From Candidatus Omnitrophota bacterium (GTDB taxonomy: Bacteria; Omnitrophota; Gorgyraeia; JABMRN01; RBG-13-46-9): 58,318 nt of DNA. The stretch covers positions 1-58,318 of the forward strand of contig JABMQJ010000019.1 in NCBI GenBank assembly GCA_013203315.1. Reading direction: 5' to 3'. Below the pieces are notes generated by a model. It saw only the letters and a program-made list of their open reading frames with translations, was not told where the DNA came from and did no database searches. Of the stretch, positions 15,911 through 28,673 are shown piece by piece (the first letter of the stretch is position 1; every line of letters begins with the position of its first letter). The position numbers and the translations under genes are program-made.

Positions 15911-18546
15911 AGCATTTTTTTCACATACATAAGTTCGTCTTTTTTTGTTTTAATATCACCGTCGATTTTTTTATGTAGAATTTCATCAAGAATTTTTTTG
16001 TATACGGGTCCGGGTTTTAATCCGAGTTTTTTAAGGTCGTGACCGCCTATCTTGATCTTTACTTTATTGTATTCTGCGAAAAAATCGGTGATCCTCTTAA
16101 CTGTCAATCTCGACTTCGCCTTAGATCTTATAAACAATATCTCTTCGAATGAAAGCGGTTCCAGAATGCTGTAAACTCCGCTGGCAGAAAGTTTCTTACT
16201 TGAAAGAGGGCGCAATATTTTTTCGCACCTTTTCTTGCATGACAAAAGCCTTATACGAACGCTTCTTCGAAAGGCGAATTTATCGCACACTGATTTTGTC
16301 TCGGTAAAATCGAGTTTGTCCAGTAACGCCGCGAGGTACATTACCCACAAATCCACGTGGCGCCTTCTAAAAACGCTTTTAGTGTACCAGCTGAAGGTAT
16401 TCTTTATTTTCATAAAAAGGACTGCTGTCGATTTCCGGACAAAAATCTTCTTGTGAATGAATCGAAGCTCATGGAGTTCCTTCATCCGCGATATGGCCTT
16501 CATGGGCTCGGGTTCTTTTAGCATAAGTATCACTTCATCGCGTATCCTGTGATTCTGCGTCCTTGAAAACATGCCTTCGCGTATGGCGGTCTTTATCAGG
16601 TCTTCTGTATATTTATCTATGCGAAAACCGAATCGCTGCTCAAACCTTACGGCCCTGAATATGCGTGTTGGGTCATCGATAAAGCTTCCGTCATGCAATA
16701 CCCTTATAACTTTGTTTTCCAAATCCTTTTCGCCACCGAAAAAATCAATAAGCTGCCCAAAACTTTGTTTATTTAAACTGGCTGCCATCGCGTTTATGGT
16801 AAAATCCCTTCGTTGCAAATCGTTCTTAAGCGAACTAAAACGAACCGTGGGAAGGGCCGCCGGTTTTTCATATGATTCTTTTCTGGCGGCGGCAAAGTCT
16901 ATTTTAAATTTCGGTCCGGAACCCGGAGATTTTCGCAATCCCTTCGGCCAATCAATCACAATGCTCGAAGTTCCGAATTTCTTGTAAACGACGAGGCTGC
17001 CGCCAAAAATCCTTGCCAAGTGCCTTCCGAAAGAAATGGCATCACCCTCTACGGCAATATCAACATCGAGATTCTTGACACCAAGCAGCATGTCTCTTAC
17101 GAACCCGCCCACTACAAAGGCTCTGAGTCCCTCACAGTCTGCGTTCTTACCGATAACATGAAGCATTTCTAAGATCTGCTTCGGCAGAACTTGTTTCATC
17201 TTTGTAGATATGTTAAGACGGGCTTGCTTCTTTTTAAAATACGTGTGTTTTTTAAATATGTCTCTATGCACGCTTTTTAGAACGCTGGTGCGGGTGACGA
17301 TACCTGTCAATTTTTTATTTTTCATGACAGGGAGCCTACCGATATTTTTTTCAAACATTATTTTTTGTATCATGTGCAGTGGCGTGTCCGGCTTTATCGT
17401 GACAAGCGCCCGGGACATATAGCCCTTTACCGGGGCATGCCCGTAGCGCCTGAGAATAGCCTTCTTAATATCGCCAAGAGTTATTATTCCTACGAGTTTA
17501 TTTTTTTTCACAACCGGTGCGCCTTTTAAATGCAATCTTTCAAGTATTTTTTTGGCTTCTATAATTTTTTTGTCATCCGCAATAACCTTAACCGGGAAAT
17601 CCATGATATCCCTTGCAAAGATTTTTACCTTTATCTGAGAGCGTAACGCATTTAATAGTTTCTCTTCAAAATTATCAGCGTCTTCACGTCCGACCTTTGC
17701 GCTTGCCGCGCTTCTATGCCCGCCCCCGCCAAAACGCTTTAGGATTTTATTAACGTCTACCTCTTTAAGCCGTGAACGCGCTATCACACGAATGCTATCC
17801 CCTATTTTAAATAGTACAAAAAGCACCGGAAAATTTTCGACGTCCTGCAATTTACGCACGATCGCCCCGAGCTCTCCTATGAAACGTTTTATGGTGCCGG
17901 TTGCAACCGCGACATTAATACCGTTTACTATAACAACCTTGGTGGAGCTAATAAGCGCCGTAAGAAACGTGAGTTCTTCGGGGGTCAGTTCCCTGTTTAA
18001 GTACGAGGAAATCGCGGATAGATTGGCTCCCCTGGAAAGAAGAAAACTCACCGTATCAACGTCCAGCTTTGTTGTCGTTCTGTATGTAAGAGAGCCTGTT
18101 TCCTCGTATATGCCGAGAAGCATTATAGTCGCCTCAAGCGGTGTAACCTTTACTGATTTCCGTTTTCGCAATATGTCGATCAGGATAGAAACCGTAGCAC
18201 CCACTTCCTGAAAAATATCCTTGTCCGGCTTTATGTCGTGTGGGGTACGCGGATGATGGTCATATATATGCACCTCTACGGAGGGGTCGTCAAGAAGCTT
18301 GGCTGCTATTCCGATACGTGATTTATGCCGCGTATCCACAATTACAAGCCTCTTTACGTCACTCAAGTCACAGGTTCTTTCTTTTTCGATCTTTATCTTG
18401 TCTTTAACGAGGGATAAAAATTCCCTTACGGACCTTTCATGGGATCCGGGCAGTAAAAGTTTTGAATTTGGGTAAATCTTTTTTGCAGCTACAAGAGAGC
18501 TGAAAGCGTCGAAATCTGCGTTATTGTGCCCTACGATTAAGTCCAT
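15907..18546 (-). CDS. cca: tRNA nucleotidyltransferase with DHH/DHHA1 and CBS domains (CCA- or A-adding)
   Basis: HNNADFD, YDHH, GGGGH; CBS pair; VGGFVRD-DVD, RRDFTINAMA, SFIDDPTRIFRAVRF. Confidence 0.9.
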   Translation of the reverse strand: MDLIVGHNNADFDAFSSLVAAKKIYPNSKLLLPGSHERSVREFLSLVKDKIKIEKERTCDLSDVKRLVIVDTRHKSRIGIAAKLLDDPSVEVHIYDHHPRTPHDIKPDKDIFQEVGATVSILIDILRKRKSVKVTPLEATIMLLGIYEETGSLTYRTTTKLDVDTVSFLLSRGANLSAISSYLNRELTPEELTFLTALISSTKVVIVNGINVAVATGTIKRFIGELGAIVRKLQDVENFPVLFVLFKIGDSIRVIARSRLKEVDVNKILKRFGGGGHRSAASAKVGREDADNFEEKLLNALRSQIKVKIFARDIMDFPVKVIADDKKIIEAKKILERLHLKGAPVVKKNKLVGIITLGDIKKAILRRYGHAPVKGYMSRALVTIKPDTPLHMIQKIMFEKNIGRLPVMKNKKLTGIVTRTSVLKSVHRDIFKKHTYFKKKQARLNISTKMKQVLPKQILEMLHVIGKNADCEGLRAFVVGGFVRDMLLGVKNLDVDIAVEGDAISFGRHLARIFGGSLVVYKKFGTSSIVIDWPKGLRKSPGSGPKFKIDFAAARKESYEKPAALPTVRFSSLKNDLQRRDFTINAMAASLNKQSFGQLIDFFGGEKDLENKVIRVLHDGSFIDDPTRIFRAVRFEQRFGFRIDKYTEDLIKTAIREGMFSRTQNHRIRDEVILMLKEPEPMKAISRMKELHELRFIHKKIFVRKSTAVLFMKIKNTFSWYTKSVFRRRHVDLWVMYLAALLDKLDFTETKSVCDKFAFRRSVRIRLLSCKKRCEKILRPLSSKKLSASGVYSILEPLSFEEILFIRSKAKSRLTVKRITDFFAEYNKVKIKIGGHDLKKLGLKPGPVYKKILDEILHKKIDGDIKTKKDELMYVKKML

Positions 18547-18549
18547 CGC

Positions 18550-19437
18550 CTATCCCCTCGGATGAAATTTCTTATGTATTCCCTTTAATCTTGATTTGTT
18601 AATGTGCGTATAAAGCTGCGTCGTAGAAATATCCGCGTGCCCCAGCATCTCCTGAACGCTTCGTAAATCCGCGCCTTTTTCCAAAAGGTGCGTCGCAAAA
18701 GAATGTCTCAAGGTGTGCGGTGTGATCTTTCTTTTTATACCCGCAGCCACCGCGTATTTCCTTACCATCTTCCAGAAGGATTGCCTCGATATTTTCTTAC
18801 CGAGCCTCGAAATAAAAAGATGGCGGTCCTCTTTTTTGCCTAATAATTTCGGCCGTGATTTTTCCATATATCTCGATAATGCGATCTTTGCGACCCTACC
18901 GACCGGCACGATTCTTTCTTTCCCGCCCTTGCCCGTGCACTTTATAAAACCCACATCCATGTTCAGGTTCTCATGCATAAGTTCTACCATTTCTGAAACC
19001 CTCATTCCCGTAGCGTACATGAGTTCGAGAACCGCCTTATCCCGTTGTCCCAATAAATCTCTTCCATCGGGTGTATTTAGCATTTTTACAACTTCCTGCA
19101 TGCCCAGCACTTCCGGAAGATACTGCGTTAGGCGCGGAGACTCAAGCACACCCGCGGCGTCTTCGGTTACGAGTCTTTCGGCTATTAGAAATTTGAAAAA
19201 TACCTTTATTGTTACAAGATTACGTGATATCGAGCTAGAAGAAAGCCCTTTGTCTTTTAAGAAATAAATGTATTTCGAAACGTTATGCTTTGTTACTGAC
19301 TGTATTTTTGTAATACTACGCGATTTAAGATATCCGGCAAATTTTGTCAAATCCTGTTTATAGCTTACAATGGTGTTTTTGCTAAGCCCTCTTTCAATCG
19401 AAAGATAATCCAGGAATTGATCGATTAGTTTAGTCAT
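18550..19437 (-). CDS. xerD: Tyrosine recombinase XerD
   Basis: [54 protein letters not shown]-terminal HPRG. Confidence 0.93.
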   Translation of the reverse strand: MTKLIDQFLDYLSIERGLSKNTIVSYKQDLTKFAGYLKSRSITKIQSVTKHNVSKYIYFLKDKGLSSSSISRNLVTIKVFFKFLIAERLVTEDAAGVLESPRLTQYLPEVLGMQEVVKMLNTPDGRDLLGQRDKAVLELMYATGMRVSEMVELMHENLNMDVGFIKCTGKGGKERIVPVGRVAKIALSRYMEKSRPKLLGKKEDRHLFISRLGKKISRQSFWKMVRKYAVAAGIKRKITPHTLRHSFATHLLEKGADLRSVQEMLGHADISTTQLYTHINKSRLKGIHKKFHPRG

Positions 19438-20056
19438 CCCTCACCCCCCGTAAAAACGGGTTATTTCGCCTCTCGTGCCCGATAGTCGAGCCCTCGCCGT
19501 GGCCCGGCAGTACTTCTATTTCATCCGGAAAAACCATTAATCGCTTTTTTACCGAATTCAGCAAATCTTTTTCACTGCCGTATGGAAAATCTGTCCGCCC
19601 CACGCTTTCTCTAAAAAGGGTGTCTCCCGTAAAAATTCTATTTCCCGTTTCAAGGCATATGCCTCCCGGCGTGTGCCCAGGGGTATGTATGACGTGGAGC
19701 ATTAATTTGCCTTCTTTTATTACATCACCGTCTTTTAAGAGCCTTTCCGCCGGCGGAGAAACAAATGTCGGACTCATGAAATGCGCAAGATTTTTCGCCG
19801 CATTCTTCAAAAAATCGCTATCTTTTTCGTGAATCAGAATGGGGTATCCGAATCTTTTGTTTCCGGAGGTGTGGTCAGCGTGGCCGTGCGTATTTATTAT
19901 ATTCCTGATGCGGATATTATTTTCTTCGATCACTTTTGCTATTTTTTTGTCAAAAGTGCCTGGGTCTATCAGGAATCCAATTTTTTCTTCCGTATCGTAT
20001 ACAAGATAGCAATTCGTTTCCAGTAAACCTACGGTGAATCTTTTTACTTCAGTCAT
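19430..20056 (-). CDS. MBL-fold metallo-hydrolase (glyoxalase II-like)
   Basis: [32 protein letters not shown]. Confidence 0.9.
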   Translation of the reverse strand: MTEVKRFTVGLLETNCYLVYDTEEKIGFLIDPGTFDKKIAKVIEENNIRIRNIINTHGHADHTSGNKRFGYPILIHEKDSDFLKNAAKNLAHFMSPTFVSPPAERLLKDGDVIKEGKLMLHVIHTPGHTPGGICLETGNRIFTGDTLFRESVGRTDFPYGSEKDLLNSVKKRLMVFPDEIEVLPGHGEGSTIGHERRNNPFLRGVRDD

Positions 20057-20058
20057 TG

Positions 20059-23312
<3,254 letters not shown>

Positions 23313-23313
<1 letters not shown>

Positions 23314-23591
23314 TAATAAAATTTTACGCCAAATGAATCAAATTCATTCTTGGCATTTTCCCAGTTGATATCGGTAGAGTGCATATAATGCTCCATGTCT
23401 TTTTTAATTTTGGCCATAAAGGCGTGTATATCTTTTTCTTCGCCCTCGCACACAACCGCTACTGTTCCGTCAGGGCAGTTTTTCACCCATCCGGTAAGGC
23501 CGATCGAATTGGCTGCCCTCTCGGCAGCCCACCTGAACCCTACCCCCTGAACAGTTCCTGAAAATATTATGTGTGCGCGTTTTTGCGGCAT
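23313..23591 (-). CDS. acyP: Acylphosphatase
   Basis: GTVQGVGFR, GWVKNCPDGTV. Confidence 0.93.
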
Positions 23592-23608
23592 CTGGAGTTA
23601 AAATGGTG

Positions 23609-23787
23609 GTCGGGAAGGCGGGATTCGCATACTTCGGCGCGCGGAGCGCGCCTGCGTATGCTCCCCTCGCTCACTGGCGGCCGGTCCTTTCGGACTTACG
23701 GCCTTTTCCTCCCTTTGGTCGGCGTTCGCTCGCTTCGAATCCCGCCACCACATCTCAGTTAATAAAGAGTCGGGAAGGCGGGATTCG
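23609..23787. mobile_element. 160 bp structured mini-element in the tRNA-Pro 3' end
   Basis: 19-bp direct repeat GTCGGGAAGGCGGGATTCG at 23609-23627 and 23769-23787; inverted copy at 23734-23750; internal GC hairpins. Confidence 0.65.
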
Positions 23788-23844
23788 AACCCGCGACCTC
23801 TGCGTCCCGAACGCAGCGCGCTAGCCAAGCTGCGCTACTTCCCG
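23770..23844 (-). tRNA. tRNA-Pro(CGG), CCA not encoded
   Basis: CGGGAAG acceptor, CTGCG-TTCGGGA-CGCAG anticodon arm, GCGGG-TTCGAAT-CCCGC T arm. Confidence 0.97.
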
Positions 23845-23904
23845 AGGATACATATATCATAAAATTATATCCTATCAATATACCATATAACAAGCAAAAA
23901 GCAA

Positions 23905-23941
23905 ATAGAAACAGGACGGGTAAAACCCGTCCTGTTTCTAT
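23905..23941 (-). terminator. Intrinsic terminator
   Basis: Perfect 17-bp inverted repeat with 3-nt loop, followed by a T-rich tract on the minus strand. Confidence 0.8.
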
Positions 23942-23968
23942 GTAATTTAGTACCTTAAGATTTAAGTC

Positions 23969-24292
23969 TTAGAGTAGCCCTTCTTCCAGGAAAAACTCCG
24001 GATCCGTGAGTATTGGGCTGTAATCCCTCGGTATGGGTATTGGGAATGTGATTACCTCATAAGCTCCAACAACAACTCTTATGCCGGTATTAAAAACGCC
24101 TTTCAAAACGCCGAAACTAATCGCAGCTATAGGGCCGTTTTCAGAATTTGCGTCGCTTACACCCTTTATTATTTCGAGAGGACATGTCACTATGTTAGCC
24201 AGACCCCTGCCTAGTTTTTTAATGGGGCCATCGGCAAATGCAACACTTGAGATGAATAAAACTACTAATAAAACTGAAATTATTTTCTTCAC
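23969..24292 (-). CDS. Exosortase-system-associated protein, TIGR04073-like
   Basis: Signal peptide, KKLGRGLANI...PLEI and G.YEVITFPIP motifs; GTG start with SD AAAGGAGGT. Confidence 0.75.
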   Translation of the reverse strand: MKKIISVLLVVLFISSVAFADGPIKKLGRGLANIVTCPLEIIKGVSDANSENGPIAAISFGVLKGVFNTGIRVVVGAYEVITFPIPIPRDYSPILTDPEFFLEEGLL

Positions 24293-24342
24293 TTGCCACC
24301 TCCTTTATATCAATAGAATTCTACCACATAAAAGGCGTTTAA

Positions 24343-24984
24343 TCAAATAAAACCCTTATTTTTTAAAAATTCTTCGGTAACCGGCGAAGGCGTATATTTT
24401 TTATGACGCACGGCATTTAATACGTACTTTCCCAAAACGTCAAATTCGAGATTCACCGCATCGCCTTTTTTCTTAAATCTTAAATTTGTATTTTGTAGCG
24501 TGTGCGGAATTATATAGACGCGTATCTTGCCATCGTAAATTTCGCCTATAGTAAGGCTTACGCCGTCGATTGCTACGGAACCTTTTTTAACGACATGCAT
24601 TTTATCATTCTTTGCGATAGCGATATCTATATAAGGTTTTTTATGTTTTTTTATTTCCTTTATTTCTTGAACGCTATCGACGTGTCCGGTAACAAAATGC
24701 CCATCCAGGCGTGAATTCAGTTCGAGCGATCTTTCCAGATTAACTATATCATTATTTTTGAGCCCTGCGAAAGAAGTTTTTTTAAAAGTCTCGGCCATGA
24801 TGTCAAAAGAAAGAGTTTTTCCGGAAGTAACGACCACGCTAAGACAGGTCCCGTTAACGGATATGCTATCCCCAATTTTGACGGAATTTAATTTCTGCTC
24901 CGTTAATACTTCCAGCCTGTAGGTGTCAACTTTTCGAGAAAGATTCTTTATGCGGCCCGTATTTTCAACTAGCCCTGTAAACAC
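24343..24984 (-). CDS. ribE: Riboflavin synthase (alpha chain)
   Basis: MFTGLVE, GDSISVNGTCLSV, VNLERSL, GHFVTGHVD, VNLEFD. Confidence 0.96.
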   Translation of the reverse strand: MFTGLVENTGRIKNLSRKVDTYRLEVLTEQKLNSVKIGDSISVNGTCLSVVVTSGKTLSFDIMAETFKKTSFAGLKNNDIVNLERSLELNSRLDGHFVTGHVDSVQEIKEIKKHKKPYIDIAIAKNDKMHVVKKGSVAIDGVSLTIGEIYDGKIRVYIIPHTLQNTNLRFKKKGDAVNLEFDVLGKYVLNAVRHKKYTPSPVTEEFLKNKGFI

Positions 24985-24997
24985 TGCTTTCCTTCTT

Positions 24998-25453
24998 TCA
25001 TTTTTTCATCGATTCAATATAAGAGGTGTTCAGGTCCTTGGCTTCCCGACGACAAATTCCTACTTTTGTCTTGATACCGTTTTTTCGTAAAATAGCCATC
25101 CCACGCCCCCTCACCAAGGGGTTAGGATCAGTCATTGCCGCGTAAACTTTCTTTATGCCGCTTTTTATTATTGCTTGCGTACACGGCGGTGTTTTTCCGT
25201 AGTGAGCGCACGGCTCCAAGGTTACGAAAAGTATTGATTCTTTTAAGCCTTTTTTCTTAATCCCTTTTTCGGCGTTTCGTAAGGCAATAATTTCAGCATG
25301 CGGGGTGCCGGCTTTTTTATGATGGCCACGGCCGATTATTTTTCCGTTTTTAACGACCACGGCGCCGACCAAAGGGTTTGGGAAGGTTTTGCCTTTGGCT
25401 TTCCTCGCAAGTTTAATAGCGCGCAACATAAATTGTCTTTCTTTGTTTATCAT
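24998..25453 (-). CDS. ribD: Riboflavin pyrimidine deaminase, deaminase domain only
   Basis: PNPLVGAV, HAE, TLEPCAHYGKTPPC, DPNP; stops at 151 aa with no reductase domain. Confidence 0.9.
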   Translation of the reverse strand: MINKERQFMLRAIKLARKAKGKTFPNPLVGAVVVKNGKIIGRGHHKKAGTPHAEIIALRNAEKGIKKKGLKESILFVTLEPCAHYGKTPPCTQAIIKSGIKKVYAAMTDPNPLVRGRGMAILRKNGIKTKVGICRREAKDLNTSYIESMKK

Positions 25454-25461
25454 AGGGGTAG

Positions 25462-26286
25462 TTATTCGGATGGGACTAATTTTCTTAATTCCTGAACCGT
25501 GCTATACGGGATTTTTACGCTACCCATTAATATTTTTTGCTTCCCCAGACCGTGACAATCAGACCCACCCGTGGCAAGAAGGCCGTAATCTTTAGCTATT
25601 TTTTCGTATTTTTTACTGTCCGATGATTTTTGGTCAGTGTGGTAGACCTCGATTCCGCGAATACCGGATTTAATAATCCTTTGCACTAGCGTATTATCGC
25701 CTATGGTCTTGGGGTGCGCCAAAACAGGCACTCCTTTTGCTTTTACTATAATGTCGATTGCTTCTTTCGGGCTAAATCCTATGTCTTCAACGTAACAGGG
25801 CTTATTATCGCCGATATACTTATTAAATGCTTCTTTTACCGAAGAAACCGCTCCTGTCTGGGCTAGGGCGCGTGCAAGATGAAGCCTTCCCACGGACCCC
25901 CTTCTTCCGTCTATCTGCATTACACGGCCTACATCTATCGTAATGTTACATGCCTTAAGCTTTTCGATCATTTTGTGGACTCTTCCGATTCTTTCCCGCT
26001 GGACTTTTTTCAATAATTCCTGAAACCACTTTTCTTTCCATGAGATAAAGTAGCCTAGCATGTGTATTTCCTTATTCTCGTCTATTACGGTAAGTTCCAC
26101 GCCGGGTATGATCTCAAGTGAAGTGCTTTTGGCGCATTCCATGGCAGGATCTATTCCGTCTACGCAGTCGTGATCGCAAATCGCAATGGCGGAAAGCCCC
26201 CTCTCACAAGCCACGCGCACGACTTCCTTGGGCGTAAACGTGCCGTCGGAAAAATGGGTATGTACATGCAGGTCTGCGCACTTCAT
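25462..26286 (-). CDS. PHP-domain phosphoesterase (TrpH/YciV-like)
   Basis: DLHVHTHFSDG, CDHD, GVEL, HMLGY, LAHP, GGSDCHG. Confidence 0.9.
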   Translation of the reverse strand: MKCADLHVHTHFSDGTFTPKEVVRVACERGLSAIAICDHDCVDGIDPAMECAKSTSLEIIPGVELTVIDENKEIHMLGYFISWKEKWFQELLKKVQRERIGRVHKMIEKLKACNITIDVGRVMQIDGRRGSVGRLHLARALAQTGAVSSVKEAFNKYIGDNKPCYVEDIGFSPKEAIDIIVKAKGVPVLAHPKTIGDNTLVQRIIKSGIRGIEVYHTDQKSSDSKKYEKIAKDYGLLATGGSDCHGLGKQKILMGSVKIPYSTVQELRKLVPSE

Positions 26287-26696
26287 TTTCTTTCTTCTGC
26301 CTTGTTTATTTTATCCAGGATACCGTTTACAAATTTACCCGAATCTTTGTCGCCGTAGCGCTTCGCCATTTCAATAGCCTCATTGATAGCAACTTTAGGC
26401 GGTATGTCTGCGGCAAACAAAAGCTCGAAAGTTCCCAATCTCAGGATATTTCTATCAACTGTTGCCATTCTCTTTATCTGCCAATTCTTGGCATATTTGG
26501 ATATGGCAGCATCGATAAAATCCTTATTTTGCCGGACGCCCTCTACGATAAGGGTGGAGAACTTTTTCACTTCATCTTCCGAGGTCGGGTGATTTTCCCA
26601 GAAATCATGGGCGCATTCCTCAAGCGCATCTTTCCTGATATCAAAGGCATAAAGTATTTTAAGTGCGCATTCCCGCGCTTTTGTCCTGTTTCTCAT
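26283..26696 (-). CDS. nusB: Transcription antitermination factor NusB
   Basis: RTKARECALKILY, DRNILR, VAINEAIEMAKRYG, FVNGILD. Confidence 0.97.
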   Translation of the reverse strand: MRNRTKARECALKILYAFDIRKDALEECAHDFWENHPTSEDEVKKFSTLIVEGVRQNKDFIDAAISKYAKNWQIKRMATVDRNILRLGTFELLFAADIPPKVAINEAIEMAKRYGDKDSGKFVNGILDKINKAEERK

Positions 26697-26708
26697 TTTT
26701 TATCCTAT

Positions 26709-27173
26709 TTATTTTACTTTGGCGTAAAGATCGGCCATTTCGATAGCCGAAATTGCGGCATCTCTTCCCTTGTTACCGCTTTTTGTTCCCGCACGGTCTA
26801 TCGCCTGTTCCAGTGTATCCGCGGTGATTATGCCGAATATGCACGGAACATTTCCGTTCATGGCGACCTGCGCTACACCCTTGGCTACTTCGCTTGATAT
26901 GTAGTCGAAGTGAGGCGTATCGCCGCGTATTATTGTCCCGAGGCAAATTACTGCGTCGTACTTTTTCGACCCTGCAAGCTTTTGAGCAAGCGGCGGTATT
27001 TCAAATGACCCCGGTACCCAAAACACAGAAAGGTCCTTTTCATTTGCCCCATGTTGAACAAGGGCATCCTCGGCTCCGCCCAGAAGTCTGGACGATACAA
27101 AATCGTTAAACCGGGAAACAACGATGGCAAATTTAAAGCCTTTGGCGATTAAATTTCCTTTTACAATCTTCAT
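26709..27173 (-). CDS. ribH: 6,7-dimethyl-8-ribityllumazine synthase
   Basis: [28 protein letters not shown]. Confidence 0.97.
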   Translation of the reverse strand: MKIVKGNLIAKGFKFAIVVSRFNDFVSSRLLGGAEDALVQHGANEKDLSVFWVPGSFEIPPLAQKLAGSKKYDAVICLGTIIRGDTPHFDYISSEVAKGVAQVAMNGNVPCIFGIITADTLEQAIDRAGTKSGNKGRDAAISAIEMADLYAKVK

Positions 27174-27177
27174 CTTT

Positions 27178-27202
27178 CCTCCTTGCCTACCTGTAGGCAG
27201 GC
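27178..27202 (-). repeat. REP-like palindrome abutting the ribH Shine-Dalgarno
   Basis: GCCTGCCTACAGGTAGGCAAGGAGG; 20/25 identical to 47526-47550. Confidence 0.65.
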
Positions 27203-27212
27203 TTTTTCTGCT

Positions 27213-28412
27213 TTACGCATGTTTTAAAACATGCCCTAACTTTTCCCTTTTTGTCCTAAGATACTTTTTATTCGCGCGCGTTGGTTTTATCTCTAAAGGC
27301 ACACGCTTTACAATTTCTAAACCGTAACCCTCTAGCCCTACGATCTTTTGCGGATTATTTGTGAGTAAATTTATTTTTTTGAGCCCTAGATCCGCCAATA
27401 CCTGCGCGCCGATACCGTAATCACGAAGGTCGGCTTGAAAACCAAGGTATTCGTTTGCCTCAACGGTATCAAGCCCCCCATCCTGAAGCTCATAGGCCTT
27501 CATCTTATTACCAAGGCCTATGCCGCGGCCTTCCTGGCAGAGATAAAGTAAAACACCTTTTTTGGATTTTGAAATAACACTTAATGCTTTTTTGAGTTGT
27601 TTACCGCAATCGCACCTTAGAGAATGAAAGACGTCCCCGGTCAGGCACTGCGAGTGGACCCTGACTAAAGCGTTTCCTTTTTTTATATCGCCTTTTACGA
27701 GTGCCACGATATATTCATCGTTTATTTTGGATTTATAGGTTATGGATTTAAATTTCCCGTATTCGGAAGGTAGGGTTACTTCTGAAATTTTCTCGACGAG
27801 TTTTTCGTATTTTCGTCTATAGTGGATTAGTTCCGCTATCGTGCATATTTTTAGGCCATGCTTTTTGGCAAACTCCAAAAGTTCGGGAGTTCTTGCCATC
27901 GTTCCGTCTTCGTTCATGATCTCGCATATAACGCCGGTAGGCGGGAGATTGCCAAGTTTTAATAGATCCATGCACGCTTCCGTGTGGCCTGCCCTTACGA
28001 GGACGCCGCCTTCTTGGGCGCAAAGCGGAAATACGTGGCCGGGCCTTATGAAGTCGCTCCTGTGTGAACGTTTAGCGGAGAGTAGCTTTATCGTAAGTGC
28101 CCTGTCATGGGTGGATATGCCTGTTGTGGTGCCCTCTTTGGCGTCTACCGAAATTGCCCATGCGGTTTTATAAGGGTCTCTTGACTCGCTTGACATGGGG
28201 TGAAGATTAAGCCTCTCTAAATCGCTGCGTTCCATGGGAACACAGATAAGCCCCCTTCCGTGCTTGGCCATAAAATTTATGGCGGCGGGATCTACCTTAG
28301 AGCCTGCCATGATGAGGTCGCCCTCGTTTTCACGCGAGGCGTCATCAATGACGATGACTATCTTGCCTTTTTTTAAATCCCCGACGACTTCGTTAATGTG
28401 GTTAAATTTCAT
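27213..28412 (-). CDS. ribBA: Bifunctional DHBP synthase / GTP cyclohydrolase II
   Basis: [22 protein letters not shown]; [27 protein letters not shown]. Confidence 0.97.
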   Translation of the reverse strand: MKFNHINEVVGDLKKGKIVIVIDDASRENEGDLIMAGSKVDPAAINFMAKHGRGLICVPMERSDLERLNLHPMSSESRDPYKTAWAISVDAKEGTTTGISTHDRALTIKLLSAKRSHRSDFIRPGHVFPLCAQEGGVLVRAGHTEACMDLLKLGNLPPTGVICEIMNEDGTMARTPELLEFAKKHGLKICTIAELIHYRRKYEKLVEKISEVTLPSEYGKFKSITYKSKINDEYIVALVKGDIKKGNALVRVHSQCLTGDVFHSLRCDCGKQLKKALSVISKSKKGVLLYLCQEGRGIGLGNKMKAYELQDGGLDTVEANEYLGFQADLRDYGIGAQVLADLGLKKINLLTNNPQKIVGLEGYGLEIVKRVPLEIKPTRANKKYLRTKREKLGHVLKHA

Positions 28413-28440
28413 ATTTTGCTCTCGTTAAAAATTTCTGCCA

Positions 28441-28466
28441 AAAAAAATCCCCGGATTTCTCCGGGG
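28441..28466 (-). terminator. Riboswitch expression-platform terminator
   Basis: CCCCGGA-GAAA-TCCGGGG followed by ATTTTTTT. Confidence 0.85.
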
Positions 28467-28490
28467 TCATATATCACACTTTTGTGATCT

Positions 28491-28612
28491 CATCTTCTTC
28501 CATCCCGACTATACGGTCGGCCTCGGATTTCCACCGAATCAGCCCTTCGACTAGCGTAAGGGCTCGTAGGCTTTCACTACCGGTCGAGGTATCTCACCTC
28601 GCCCCGAAGACG
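28491..28612 (-). ncRNA. FMN riboswitch (RFN element)
   Basis: TCTTCGGGGCGAGGTGAGATACCTCGACCGGTAGTGAAAGCCTACGA...GATTCGGTGGAAATCCGAGGCCGACCGTATAGTCGGGATGGAAGAAGA upstream of ribBA. Confidence 0.96.
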
Positions 28613-28619
28613 TGATTGC

Positions 28620-28648
28620 ATTGTAGCCTAGTCATTAAAAAATGTCAA
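28620..28648 (-). promoter_or_regulatory. Sigma70 promoter of rib operon
   Basis: TTGACA-17nt-TACAAT just upstream of the aptamer. Confidence 0.8.
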
Positions 28649-28673
28649 GAAAAACAATTAATTTTGCGTAATA

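Noticed and set aside
18550-19437. Tyrosine recombinase as the islet integrase
   Set aside because: Typical housekeeping XerD in a core operon 17 kb away, with no arm-binding domain.
23676-23706. GTCC-GAAA-GGAC hairpin as hammerhead ribozyme stem II
   Set aside because: The required CUGANGA and GAAA core segments flanking the stem are absent.
23573-23828. Short ORFs on both strands at the tRNA-Pro element
   Set aside because: They overlap the tRNA and the structured element; no coding signal.
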